Source of the DNA: Trypanosoma brucei
Taxonomy: Eukaryota
Direction of reading: 5' to 3'
Assembly: GCA_000002445.1 (NCBI GenBank)
Contig: CP000070.1
Location: forward strand, 96,001 to 160,000
DNA: 64,000 bases
Shown: positions 10,301 to 20,452 of the stretch, in pieces
How positions within the stretch are numbered: the stretch's first letter is position 1
How the letters are laid out: each line of letters starts with the position of its first letter
The notes under the pieces: model-generated
Told to the model about the DNA's origin: nothing
What the model saw: only the letters and a program-made list of their open reading frames with translations
The model's database searches: none
Translations under genes and position numbers: made by a program

Positions 10301-12015
10301 CAGTCACCAGAAAAGTATGAACCGTCTGTGAACCACATACGACCACCAGGTCCATTGCGAAAACCGTCTTTGAAGCTCCCCACGTATAAATCACCGGATG
10401 GGAACTCCCACGAGCCGGAGTCGCACGAAAGTGTGTCATTTATCCAGTTGCCTATCAGGACGTGACCACACAACCGCAGGACTCCGGGCCCATGACGCAC
10501 GCCCTGGCAAAATACGCCAAAGTGCTCCAACAAAGGAGATGTAGTGACATCCCCAGAAGGGGCTCCATCTCCACTCTTACCAGAGTTACCACCTGCCGGC
10601 AAACTACCGGGAATGCCACCACCTTTACTACCCTTACCCTTATGCGCCAGCAAGTTGCGGAAGACTAAACTTCCAACACCATTGAAACTGACACCATCCC
10701 ATTCACCATCGTAGCCATCGACAAGAACGTCGTTGCGCCAGATTCCCGCCTGAATGGAGCCGTTCTTTCGTTGAAGGATTCCCTCACCCTCCCGGACGTC
10801 GTTAACAAAATTACCGCTATACTCCGAGCCATCGGCATACCGTAAATTTCCGCCCCCGTGACGCATGTTTTTCACGAACGAACCAAAGAAGAAATCACCG
10901 TTTTCGTACCAAACGAGGCCGCGCCCCTGCCGCATCTCACCAACCCACTCTCCCTGGTAGCATATTCCACCGTCGGCGGGCACCCGGTGCCAAAACATTG
11001 TTCCGTGCTTCCGCTCCCCGTTTTCGAAAACGCCCACAAACGTGGACACACCCGGGTACTTCACCACACCTTTGCCGTGTATGAGACCTTGCACAAAGTC
11101 TCCCTCTACAATCGCACCAAGTTTATGCAAGGTTGACTTACCTTCACCATGGCGTAGTCCACCTTTCCACATTCCTTCGTATATGTCACCATTCTTGTAG
11201 CGCATAGTGCCGCGCCCCTCGATCTTATCGTTACTGAAGTTGCCAAAGTATTCATCTCCATTGGGGTAACGCATGCAGCCTTCACCGTCACGCTTACCGC
11301 GCACCAACATCCCCTTAAACTCCCCACCATCCACATAACTAACCTTTCCGCCTCCATGCCGCTCATCCTTCAACCATTCACCGTCGTACACCTCGCCACT
11401 CGCACACTCAAGGCGCCCACGTCCGTGACGAGAATTCGAATTGAACTCCCCCTTGTAAACGTCTCCGTTAGCGTATCGCAAAATACCACGTCCGTGCCGG
11501 TGATAAGTGTGATGAAAATCCCCTTCATACTCCTTTGGTGGGTGGGTGAGTTCGTACTGTGAAACAGGAACAACACCGCGTTTGGATACTTCTCCCGGCC
11601 TGCGCTTATAAGTTATTTTTCCGCGACCGCACATCCTGCCACTGTTGAACTCACCCTCATATGTAAAACGGGTTGTATTAAGTACACCCTCTCCATGAAA
11701 AGCGCCGTTAGCCCAACGCCCCCCATACCGGTCCCCGCTGCCATATATGGATGAAGTATCCTTGAAGATAACAATTCCAAGACCGTGTGGTTTGTCGAGC
11801 AGCATGTCACCATAATATTCACTTCCATCCGGCAGTGTGTGGGGTGACAGGTTTTCTTGTTTTGCCGGATCAAACTCGGTTACCTTCTGAAGAGTCACTG
11901 GTAGGGTGAGGACAGGGGAGGCGTTAAAAAAAGCTGGCGGAGCAGGTGTGGGGTACTCGTTCCGTGTTAAAATCTCGGAATTATTACTACTACTATTGTT
12001 ATTGTTATCGGGCAT
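7327..12015 (-). CDS. Large protein of 1562 aa with multiple MORN repeats and two FYVE-type zinc fingers.
   Basis: Many Y-x-G-x-(F/W)-x-x-G-x-(R/K)-H-G-x-G MORN units appear in two blocks. FYVE-like segments are [28 protein letters not shown] and [29 protein letters not shown]. A proline-rich run PPPPPPFP sits at the C-terminus. Confidence 0.85.
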   Translation of the reverse strand: [1562 protein letters not shown]

Positions 12016-12227
12016 AACCGCTCAATTTTCTTTTCCTCGCAGGCTTTCACAACACAAATGGAGGAAGAAGCTGAGGAGCATTTGGAGACGAAACATGTGA
12101 ATGAAGGGACAAATGTACAGACAATTTTGGAGAAAACCTTTTGCATATGTGTACTTGTCGGTTTTACATGAAGGCATGGGAATAACCAACACTGCTCAGC
12201 AGGAGCAGGTGGTTCAACACGTGTGTG

Positions 12228-12258
12228 TTTTGGGGCGGGGGGGGGGGGGGAGGGGGAA
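12228..12258. repeat. Homopolymeric G-rich tract, gggg c gggggggggggg a ggggg. A second G-tract lies at 12726-12750.
   Basis: Direct reading of the sequence. Intergenic, C-rich on the coding (minus) strand. Confidence 0.9.
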
Positions 12259-12942
12259 GATGAATCAACCCCACAAAGACGGAGAAAGAGACAGAGACAG
12301 AGATAGAAGCGGCCAATGGCAGCGACATTTCTTTTTTGGTTTCCCTTCTCTTTCCACCTCCTCAATTCTAGTCATCATTCCAACAAAGTATTTAAACGCT
12401 AAACCTTGAACACGTGCTGAGACAGCATTTCATAGGTTAACAAACGCATCCACATAAAATAACAATCCAACGTTACACGTACGTATTGATGTCACACTTC
12501 GACGATATCACCTTTACCTTTTTCTACTTTTCTTATTTTCTTTCCCTATATAATTTTTTTTGCGCGTGTGCGGACACAACTTGTTTCCTTCCCCACGACT
12601 TTCCCCCACTTCCGCGTACCCCCTTTTTTTTTACTTCTTTTTTTTCCTTCCTTCCTCCCTTCATACACCGAATAGGTTGCCGTCCCAACGGATGTACCTG
12701 CTGCAACCGTAGCAAACCCAATAAAGGCGGGCGGGGGGGGGGAGGGAGAGGACCCGAAACGCAAATAAAAAGCCTAGTAACTGCATTTTTTTAAAAAAAA
12801 TCGAAGTGTCACATTCATATAAATATATATATATATATATTTATAATTTTTTTCGTGCAATTCTCAATATAACTGATGCCCCTTTTTTTTTTCCACACAA
12901 CTTTTGTTGTTGTTTGCGTGGATTCGGGTACAACCATCTTAC

Positions 12943-14316
12943 TTACAGAAAACCAACATACCGCAATGGTCCTTTTCCAAGACCCGTTAACTCAAGAAAG
13001 GAAGAGTAATACTGCGCGTACGCAACAAATGATTTTACAACCAAAGATGCCACCGCAACCAACACGGTACTACCGTCGTGCGTTGACAACGGGAAATCGT
13101 TGAAACGACTAAATACCCCCGGAATTTGAATATTGGCACATGCCTGATCATATTTCCTACGCTTACTGTCCGTCCCTAACGTTTCGTATGCCTGGTTTAT
13201 TACTGCCATACGTTCCTGTGCCGCATTCTGAGCTTCCGCCTCCTTTGGCGCATGATCGGGGTGATTCTGAAGTGCTGCAGCGCGGTACGCCCGCTTAATG
13301 TCTTCAAGGCTCGCTGTGCGCTCCACTCCAAGCACTTCATAATAGTCAACAGTTGACAAGGTGGTGGGGTAAAAGAAACTGCCAGTATTCCAATCATCTT
13401 CACCATCATGTGCTGAAGATTCGGCGTTGGATCTGGCGTCATCGGCCCGTGCCTCCGCCTCAGTTGTTGGATGAAATCTCTCCAATTCTTGGAGCAACTT
13501 AACCCCCAACCTGCGACCCGATTTGCCAATGGCCGGTCCTAAAAGCAGAAGCAGTGTTCGTTCACACCAGAAAATACATCCAGAGCTGGGGTTACGAGAT
13601 ACCCGCCCACCAAACCAGGCCCCAACACTGCGTGCGCACACAATAAGCACTGAATGCGTAAGCGATTCAACTGTGGTAGACAAGTACCGTTTAACCATCG
13701 GCCACAGCGCATCCTTCTCATCGCGTGACCTGTAAAACAACACCGCCCAAGCTATTTGCTGAATGATGTGCTCAGTGATCTCACTGACCAGGCTACTGGC
13801 TACGACAGCCGTCGGTGTAGATGATGCGTAACTACTGTTGTAAAAGGAAATAGATTCACCGTAGTCGTTAACACCATCGGTACCGTCATCTCCCAAGGAA
13901 GGCAGGCCGACTATTGTATTCCTCACCCAGTTCCACAGGAACGACGGAACAAAAATCTTTGCCACGCTGCAAGGAAAGTGAGTGATCCAGCAATTAGTGA
14001 AACGGTAATGCTGAACGTAGGGGAAAGTGCAGTGAAGCACTGCGGCACGGTGAAGAAGTAAGGAGTTACTGCTAGTGAAATAGGCTACCACACACCATTC
14101 CACCACACGTTGGGATAGTTGCGCAATCACTATATTCACAGTGCGAGAAAACAATCCCAGCCCCTTACCACAGTTACTACCAGCTGTACCAATCGATCTG
14201 AAGATTGCCTTCAGCACATCGACGTTGAAGGCCGAACCGGCAAAATATTCGTAAAACAGCATTGGAATCAACCGGAAGCCATGCGGCACATCGGTTTTGG
14301 GATCTGCGGACGACAT
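12943..14316 (-). CDS. J-domain (DnaJ) protein of 457 aa with several hydrophobic segments, probably membrane-anchored.
   Basis: The J domain DYYEVLGVERTASLEDIKRAYRAAALQNHPDHAPKEAEAQNAAQERMAVINQAYETLGTDSKRRKYD contains the HPD tripeptide. The N-terminal half is hydrophobic. Confidence 0.75.
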   Translation of the reverse strand: MSSADPKTDVPHGFRLIPMLFYEYFAGSAFNVDVLKAIFRSIGTAGSNCGKGLGLFSRTVNIVIAQLSQRVVEWCVVAYFTSSNSLLLHRAAVLHCTFPYVQHYRFTNCWITHFPCSVAKIFVPSFLWNWVRNTIVGLPSLGDDGTDGVNDYGESISFYNSSYASSTPTAVVASSLVSEITEHIIQQIAWAVLFYRSRDEKDALWPMVKRYLSTTVESLTHSVLIVCARSVGAWFGGRVSRNPSSGCIFWCERTLLLLLGPAIGKSGRRLGVKLLQELERFHPTTEAEARADDARSNAESSAHDGEDDWNTGSFFYPTTLSTVDYYEVLGVERTASLEDIKRAYRAAALQNHPDHAPKEAEAQNAAQERMAVINQAYETLGTDSKRRKYDQACANIQIPGVFSRFNDFPLSTHDGSTVLVAVASLVVKSFVAYAQYYSSFLELTGLGKGPLRYVGFL

Positions 14317-15465
14317 AGTGTTGCCTCTTTTGCTTCTCTCCCTTGATTCCTCTCCCCAATGTGTAGAGAAAGGAAAATTAGAAAGTAGTTAAAGGGAAAT
14401 ACAAAATAAATAAATAAATAACGTACAGACTTGAGTCGGAGCGTGGAAATTTAGTTCCATCACCACCTTCCTCCACCGAATCGTTTTTTAGTTGTAAAAA
14501 GAAAGTTTCTGATAAGAGCAACAAAGCAAGTGTTGGTAATATCATCCATCCGTACTAATTCCTCCTTGCAAGTGACCTTATCTGTTTGCGAGGACTCGGG
14601 GAAAGGAAATGAAGCTCACGTCTCATTTTTTACTTTTTACACATCCTCCCAACCTGAGTCATATAAACGGTAAAGCTCAATATTTTGTTGCCGGCATTTT
14701 TCTTATGCGCTCGTAAATTGGTTTCTTATACGCTGTATTATTCCTTCTTCAGCAAAGTTATTTGCACACCACTGCAGTGAAGGTTACACGTTTTTTTTAT
14801 TTTTTGCGGACACACCGAAACAAACAAAAAAGGAGGGAAATGGGTGTAAGTTCCTGCGTAGCAACGAAGCGCACGACAGAAAGTGAAACATAATTAGAAA
14901 AGAGACAGCGAGAAGAGGTGGACAAAGATAAATAAATAAATAAATAATGATTTAATAACAGGATAATTAAACACGAGGAAATGATGATCCTGAAGAGGGA
15001 CACCAAACATTTCCTTCGTGTTAATCACATAACACACGCCCATAAAAAAAAAACTTCGTCCGCTTACCTTTTGTACTGCCCGACCGCTGTTGATGTTTTA
15101 CCCACTCGCGCCACTTCTTCAGCCTCTTTCACAATGTTTGTTGTGCGTAACTCACCTTTTTCTTTTATGTGCAAAGTTTCGGCTAACGTAGCGTTGGGTG
15201 AGTGGCAACCAATCGTGTATATATAAGAAGCTACTTTAGATTTGGATACCTATGCGTAGAAGGGTTAGAAACAATGTAGAACAAAGACACCGAAAAGGGA
15301 AAAACAAACACGCACATATCTTTCAATTTGTGCATGCTTCTATAAACTCTATGCCGTCATCCGTCCAAAATTTCTTTCACTGTTTTCGTCTTCCCCCCCC
15401 CCTCCCCAGCTTCCTCTATGTGAAGCAGAAGATGACAATAAGCGTTGTATGAAAGAAGGTTACTT

Positions 15466-16983
15466 TTACATTCTGTCAATGTAATCATAATTCCATACAT
15501 TTACCCGGTGATCACCACCAGAGGACAAAATAAATTTCTTTTCCTTGCTAAAGGCAATGCGATAAACAAACCTTCGGTGCGCCACGGCTCGCCAAAGCGG
15601 CTCTCCAGTCATGGCATCTGTGAGTCGCATGTTATCATCCCGTCCACATGAAAGTATAGCTCGACCTCTGGGAGTAAACTTAACCATATGAACTGGTTTT
15701 TCGTGGTGCCGCAGCAGCAGCGTTGGAGATGATGAGTTCCTAATGTCCCAAACACGTATGACACCGTCTATCCCGCAGGAAGCGAATACTTGCTCATCAT
15801 TACGGAGGGCGCAGCACCACACAGTAGATGCATGATCAATGAACCGATCTATGACACAGTCGCCGCCGCTGCGGAGATCATGAGCGTAAATTATGTTATC
15901 ATCCCCCGCAGAAAGGGCGAAGTGGTTGTTTAGATCAGATGTCACAACCGTAAACACGGAGGCGGCGCTACACCCAATGGTTTGTACGCATGTGCTGGTA
16001 GATGCATCCCATATACGGACCGTACAGTCCATAGACGCCGTCGCGACACGGTCATCGCCTAAAAGAAAGTCCACACCATACACTTTTCGTTGGTGCCCGG
16101 AGAATACGCAACTCGTGGATCCGTCAACGCTGTGCATTGACGCTGTACAGTCGGAGCGCCCAGCCACCACGTGCCTTTCGTCGTGCGAAAGCGCATTAGA
16201 TAAGACAACACTATCTTGTACATCGAATTCTGCAGTAACCTCGGCCGTTTTCAGATCCCACCGCAACATTTGTGCCTTCGTGCCAGAAAACACCGTTGTA
16301 CCATTGCTGGTGAGAGACATGGCATACGAAGTTGTCTTTTCTGTTAAAATAGAACGCACCAGGTTCGGTACCTTCTCTGGTTCTGCCTTGGTGGTGGTGG
16401 CACTCCCTACATCGTGGACGGCATTCTCTTCAGATTCGAACAATTCCATGGGTGAGGGTGTTTCACGTGGCGAGTCTTCCGCAAAGGGATCATTGGGCAC
16501 CTTACGCTTTTCCTGGTACGTTGTAGTGCCGTTGGATACTTCAACCTCCACTCGCTTGACTTGACGCGGGCGGGCATTACTTCCTGCACACAAGTGCTCC
16601 ATTTTAACCAAATTGACGGTACACATACGTTTTTTCACGACAACGAGACATTCCGTCATATTGGAGCGCCGGGCCTCATCGAGCCTCTCACAGGCATCAG
16701 GTGGGTACAGTTCCCATTCACCGGGCATGTCAAGATCCTCTACAAACCACGCGAATTTTCTCGTTGAATCGTCCGGCGCGTCGTCGTCTTCCGGTGGCGG
16801 TGGTAAATCCTCCTGAATACATAATGGGATGGTAACATATCCAATTCCATTAAAGCGAGGTTCACCAACACGTCGCTTCGTTTGAAGTCGCCGAACACTG
16901 CGGTCCGTGGAAACTTGCCTGGCGCTGGTTGCTTTTTTCCGCGGTATGCTTCCACCGCCACCCATTATTAGTAGTATACACAC
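15466..16983 (-). CDS. WD40-repeat protein with an N-terminal WWE-like domain, 505 aa. The likely start is the MGGGGS methionine near 16965.
   Basis: A WWE-like segment reads FAWFVEDLDMPGEWELYPPDACERLDEA...CTVNLVKMEHL. WD repeats end in RIWD, RVWD and VNVWN, as in CTVRIWDASTS and DGVIRVWDIRN. Confidence 0.75.
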   Translation of the reverse strand: MCILLIMGGGGSIPRKKATSARQVSTDRSVRRLQTKRRVGEPRFNGIGYVTIPLCIQEDLPPPPEDDDAPDDSTRKFAWFVEDLDMPGEWELYPPDACERLDEARRSNMTECLVVVKKRMCTVNLVKMEHLCAGSNARPRQVKRVEVEVSNGTTTYQEKRKVPNDPFAEDSPRETPSPMELFESEENAVHDVGSATTTKAEPEKVPNLVRSILTEKTTSYAMSLTSNGTTVFSGTKAQMLRWDLKTAEVTAEFDVQDSVVLSNALSHDERHVVAGRSDCTASMHSVDGSTSCVFSGHQRKVYGVDFLLGDDRVATASMDCTVRIWDASTSTCVQTIGCSAASVFTVVTSDLNNHFALSAGDDNIIYAHDLRSGGDCVIDRFIDHASTVWCCALRNDEQVFASCGIDGVIRVWDIRNSSSPTLLLRHHEKPVHMVKFTPRGRAILSCGRDDNMRLTDAMTGEPLWRAVAHRRFVYRIAFSKEKKFILSSGGDHRVNVWNYDYIDRM

Positions 16984-18076
16984 GCCTCCTCTTAATCTTA
17001 CTCGCTAAATCCGATAGCCTTTCTGATCAAAAAATAAAAAAAAAATCCGTTCTCCTGCTGCTGCAAACAACTCAAAAAAGAAAAAAGTTCGTGATGCTTC
17101 CTCCCAGTTGGGTGAGAGCTGGAGAAACTCAGTTCTTAACAAGATGATATATAGAAGTTACGCGCATCCACAAAGTAGAATTCAATAAAGCATTTGTTCA
17201 TTCTACCGTCCTTTCTCAAGCCACGGGTGTAACGGCGGCAACAATGTCACCAGTACAAGAAATAGAGGGAAATAATGAGACGATGGCACCAACTTACACC
17301 AAATCGGTTACCCGAGCTGTTTTTTCTTTTTTTTTTGTTCTTTTAATCCTCCTACTGTTAGTTTCTTCCCTGTTATTTTCCCCCATTTTTGGAAAGTGTT
17401 TTAACACTAAGAGAAGAATGTGAGACATTACCTTTAATTTCTCTCATCTGTATCGTCGTTATTTCCCCCCTCTCATCACTGCTGGTTATTTCTGCATTGC
17501 GCCATGACACTTACGCAACTTTTAAACATTTGTCGCAAACTCAGTTCCCGCCTTCGCTGCGGCACACAATAAAAATTAGTTGGATAAAACACTGAAGAGG
17601 CGCCACACTGATCCAAATTTGATGCGCCTTGTCATGGGTCAGGTCACAGCGACAGAAGGACCCTTTTTCAACTTACACTATATTTCATATTTGCGCATCT
17701 AATGCCGATCTTGCTGTTGTACTTTTGATTGCTTTCGCTACGAAAAGTAACTTACTGCGTACCTCCAATATACCTCGATCTTCGCTACTTCACAGCATCC
17801 TTCAGTGAACAAACTGATGTTTGTGAGGTAAGGAAAAAAAAAACAACAGGCCCAAACGATAGTTTTCATTAAAAGAAGGCAAAAGGCGCGAGCACACAAA
17901 CCAAAACTAATATACACATATACATAAACGTGGACGTGCGTAAATGATAGCTGTAACAATTCGTTAAGAGTAAACAACCCGCTCGCAGAAAATGAAAACA
18001 ACCGGGTACTGCATATGTGATAACATATATATATATATTATGGGCGTTAAGAAACTGTAAAAAAAGGAGGAGAGGA

Positions 18077-20452
18077 CTAACGTAAAGTCGATCCCACTGC
18101 ATTTTTCGCATCAGTTAGGTCAGTAAGCCACTGCTTATTAGTGTCGACGCCCGTTCTGCGGAACACTTCATCGATTTGTGGGATAATTTCTTCTTTGATC
18201 ATCCGAGTCCATTCTTCCACGCAACGGCTCTCCACTTCACACACATCAGTGTTGACCCCATCCGTCTCCTCACACCCCTCATTTCTGGAAGAGCACATGT
18301 TGTGCTCAACAGCTTTAAGTGAAAGCAGTTGACGGAGCATATAAGCAACAGCAAGCGCGGCTGTGGCGGGGTCATCGTTTTTGCATGACGATTCAATGAT
18401 CATTTCGCAAGTACGTAAAGGAAGTGAGTATCCCTTCCAGCGAGTGGTGACTCCGCAATCCTCACTATTAATCTCCTCATCAGTGAGCTGCTTTTGTTCA
18501 TCAATGTTCCAACGACTTTCAGCATAACGGTATATATGGCTGAACACATCCTTCACCATATCATGCATACCCCAGGTGTACAAACACTCAACAAAGATAG
18601 ACACGGATGGATACCTCCAATCCCATTGATTATACGACTGGGTGAAAATGACCATAACAGGAGGGATGCCAGTTCCAGTTTCCCCTGTAATTTCCCCTTC
18701 GGCGGTTGCCGTATAGAACAAGCCATCGAGAACACCCTCAAACAACAAGCAAAACACTTCTTGTCTCACATTCACCTGATCCCTATTTCGTTGGCGTTTA
18801 CGATGACCACTACGCCCTTCTGGCAGCCGCAGAAGCAAATGCCGTAGGCATCGAAGCGCAGCCTCCGTCCCTTCCTTCCATATCTGTAATGAATCGTCAC
18901 CACAGGAATCCTTATAGTTACTTTTACAAACATCATTGGAGTTTGTACACATAAAAAACTTATCCTTTTCTACCCCACCCTTCGGACCTGTTGCCTTTTT
19001 CTGAAGATCGCGCTGTCGCCTTAATATGTGTCTAACCAACCAGACACACACATGAGAGGTTTTTACGTCCTGAGCAGTACCAGCGAGCCGCTGCCGCTGT
19101 GAAAGTATGCAGGGCCCCTCCAGTACATGAGAAATTGCGCTTCTACGCGTTAATTCAGATTGGAGCATGTCACTAATCCCGTTCAGAAATTGTATGTAGA
19201 GCTGGGGATTGAATTTCACACAAAACCCTTCAGGTGCTACAATGGAGGCAATGGAATGCCTACTTCGAAGGAAAGGATTGAGATGCACGGCTTGAAGTTG
19301 CATACCCACTGATATAAAGCGGCAGAACGCTTCCTGCGCTGTACCAATGGGCCCGTGGCACTGTACCACACGTAAACAGCAAGCCCGACCAGCGGCGAGT
19401 ATATCACTAATATGATGTGCAGGATCAAACTCCGACCATAACATATCGTTGACACCGTCGTGGCATCCATTTTCTTCCTGGGGCTCTATTTTGAGCGAAG
19501 GCACTTCCCCCGTGGTGATGCGGCGTAATATCTCAAGTATCATCAAATAACCGTCAGATCCTAGTGGTAATCCTCTTTCAGGACAATCCAGCAAAAGAAT
19601 CCGAAATGCATCTTTGTGCAAAGAGAGATCACACTCGCCGGTGCCTCCGCCCGAGGCACATTTAAGAAGATAACGCGCATATGACACATGCAGATGCGAT
19701 GACCTTCTTACAACCTCTTCAGGAAAATTTTCAGATGAGGTTGAGGAAGGCGGCATAAGCGAAGTATGAAGCGTTTGATAAGCAGCCTTGACCACATTCT
19801 GCGGCGCCCCAAAGTGAATAAGGCACTGCAAAAGACTCCCACATAAATCGATCTGTTGCTTAGCAGTAAGACTCACTCCCCCCTCTGATGAGGGAAGATT
19901 CAAAAACAGTCGTAATGCCAAATCCCATAGGACAACACCCTCCAGAGATGTTTTCGCCTTAATTTCACCTTTTTCTTTCGTTTCACACGGGCCATTAGAC
20001 GCACCTTCTCGATGCCGTCTTACACTGTCGAAACCCCTCTTGTTTACCTTCGCCAAAGCTGATATCAGTAATTGTGTTGCCCCCACCCTCTCGTCAGCCG
20101 ATAAATCCAGTAATTTATTCTCTTGACACATGTTCTCACAGCAGGCAATTAGTTGTGATGTCTCCAAGGTTGTTTGGCAATCGAATCCCTCGTCGTTCCC
20201 CTCATCACAAATATCGGAGGACACAACCTTCGTATTATGGGGGTTCTGTTGTCTCATATGCTGGCGCCTTAGCAAAGAGATTACGCCCCGCACATCACAA
20301 CATCTCCTCTGTTGCATCCCAAAGGTGTGCAAGTACCCAGAAGCAAATGAAACTCGAATTATTGCATGCCGCCTAAAGCCCCGGTGCAGTACAAACATAT
20401 CAGCTGAACTATAAGCAATGAACGATCCAGTTACTAACCGGTGCGGTGACAC
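18077..20452 (-). CDS. Hypothetical protein of 791 aa with no motif I can recognise.
   Basis: Long ORF without low complexity, in the same orientation as its neighbours, with purine-rich + strand sequence upstream. Confidence 0.5.
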   Translation of the reverse strand: MSPHRLVTGSFIAYSSADMFVLHRGFRRHAIIRVSFASGYLHTFGMQQRRCCDVRGVISLLRRQHMRQQNPHNTKVVSSDICDEGNDEGFDCQTTLETSQLIACCENMCQENKLLDLSADERVGATQLLISALAKVNKRGFDSVRRHREGASNGPCETKEKGEIKAKTSLEGVVLWDLALRLFLNLPSSEGGVSLTAKQQIDLCGSLLQCLIHFGAPQNVVKAAYQTLHTSLMPPSSTSSENFPEEVVRRSSHLHVSYARYLLKCASGGGTGECDLSLHKDAFRILLLDCPERGLPLGSDGYLMILEILRRITTGEVPSLKIEPQEENGCHDGVNDMLWSEFDPAHHISDILAAGRACCLRVVQCHGPIGTAQEAFCRFISVGMQLQAVHLNPFLRSRHSIASIVAPEGFCVKFNPQLYIQFLNGISDMLQSELTRRSAISHVLEGPCILSQRQRLAGTAQDVKTSHVCVWLVRHILRRQRDLQKKATGPKGGVEKDKFFMCTNSNDVCKSNYKDSCGDDSLQIWKEGTEAALRCLRHLLLRLPEGRSGHRKRQRNRDQVNVRQEVFCLLFEGVLDGLFYTATAEGEITGETGTGIPPVMVIFTQSYNQWDWRYPSVSIFVECLYTWGMHDMVKDVFSHIYRYAESRWNIDEQKQLTDEEINSEDCGVTTRWKGYSLPLRTCEMIIESSCKNDDPATAALAVAYMLRQLLSLKAVEHNMCSSRNEGCEETDGVNTDVCEVESRCVEEWTRMIKEEIIPQIDEVFRRTGVDTNKQWLTDLTDAKNAVGSTLR

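Noticed and set aside
15893-16564. A + strand 223-aa ORF, and similar long + strand ORFs at 32564..33091, 39687..40232, 42202..42861 and 6281..6637.
   Set aside because: Each is fully embedded antisense within a well-supported minus-strand gene: the WD40, hypothetical, Utp12-like, JmjC and cytochrome b5 genes. They are low in complexity or rich in Ser and Arg, and are typical antisense-frame artefacts of GC-rich coding DNA.
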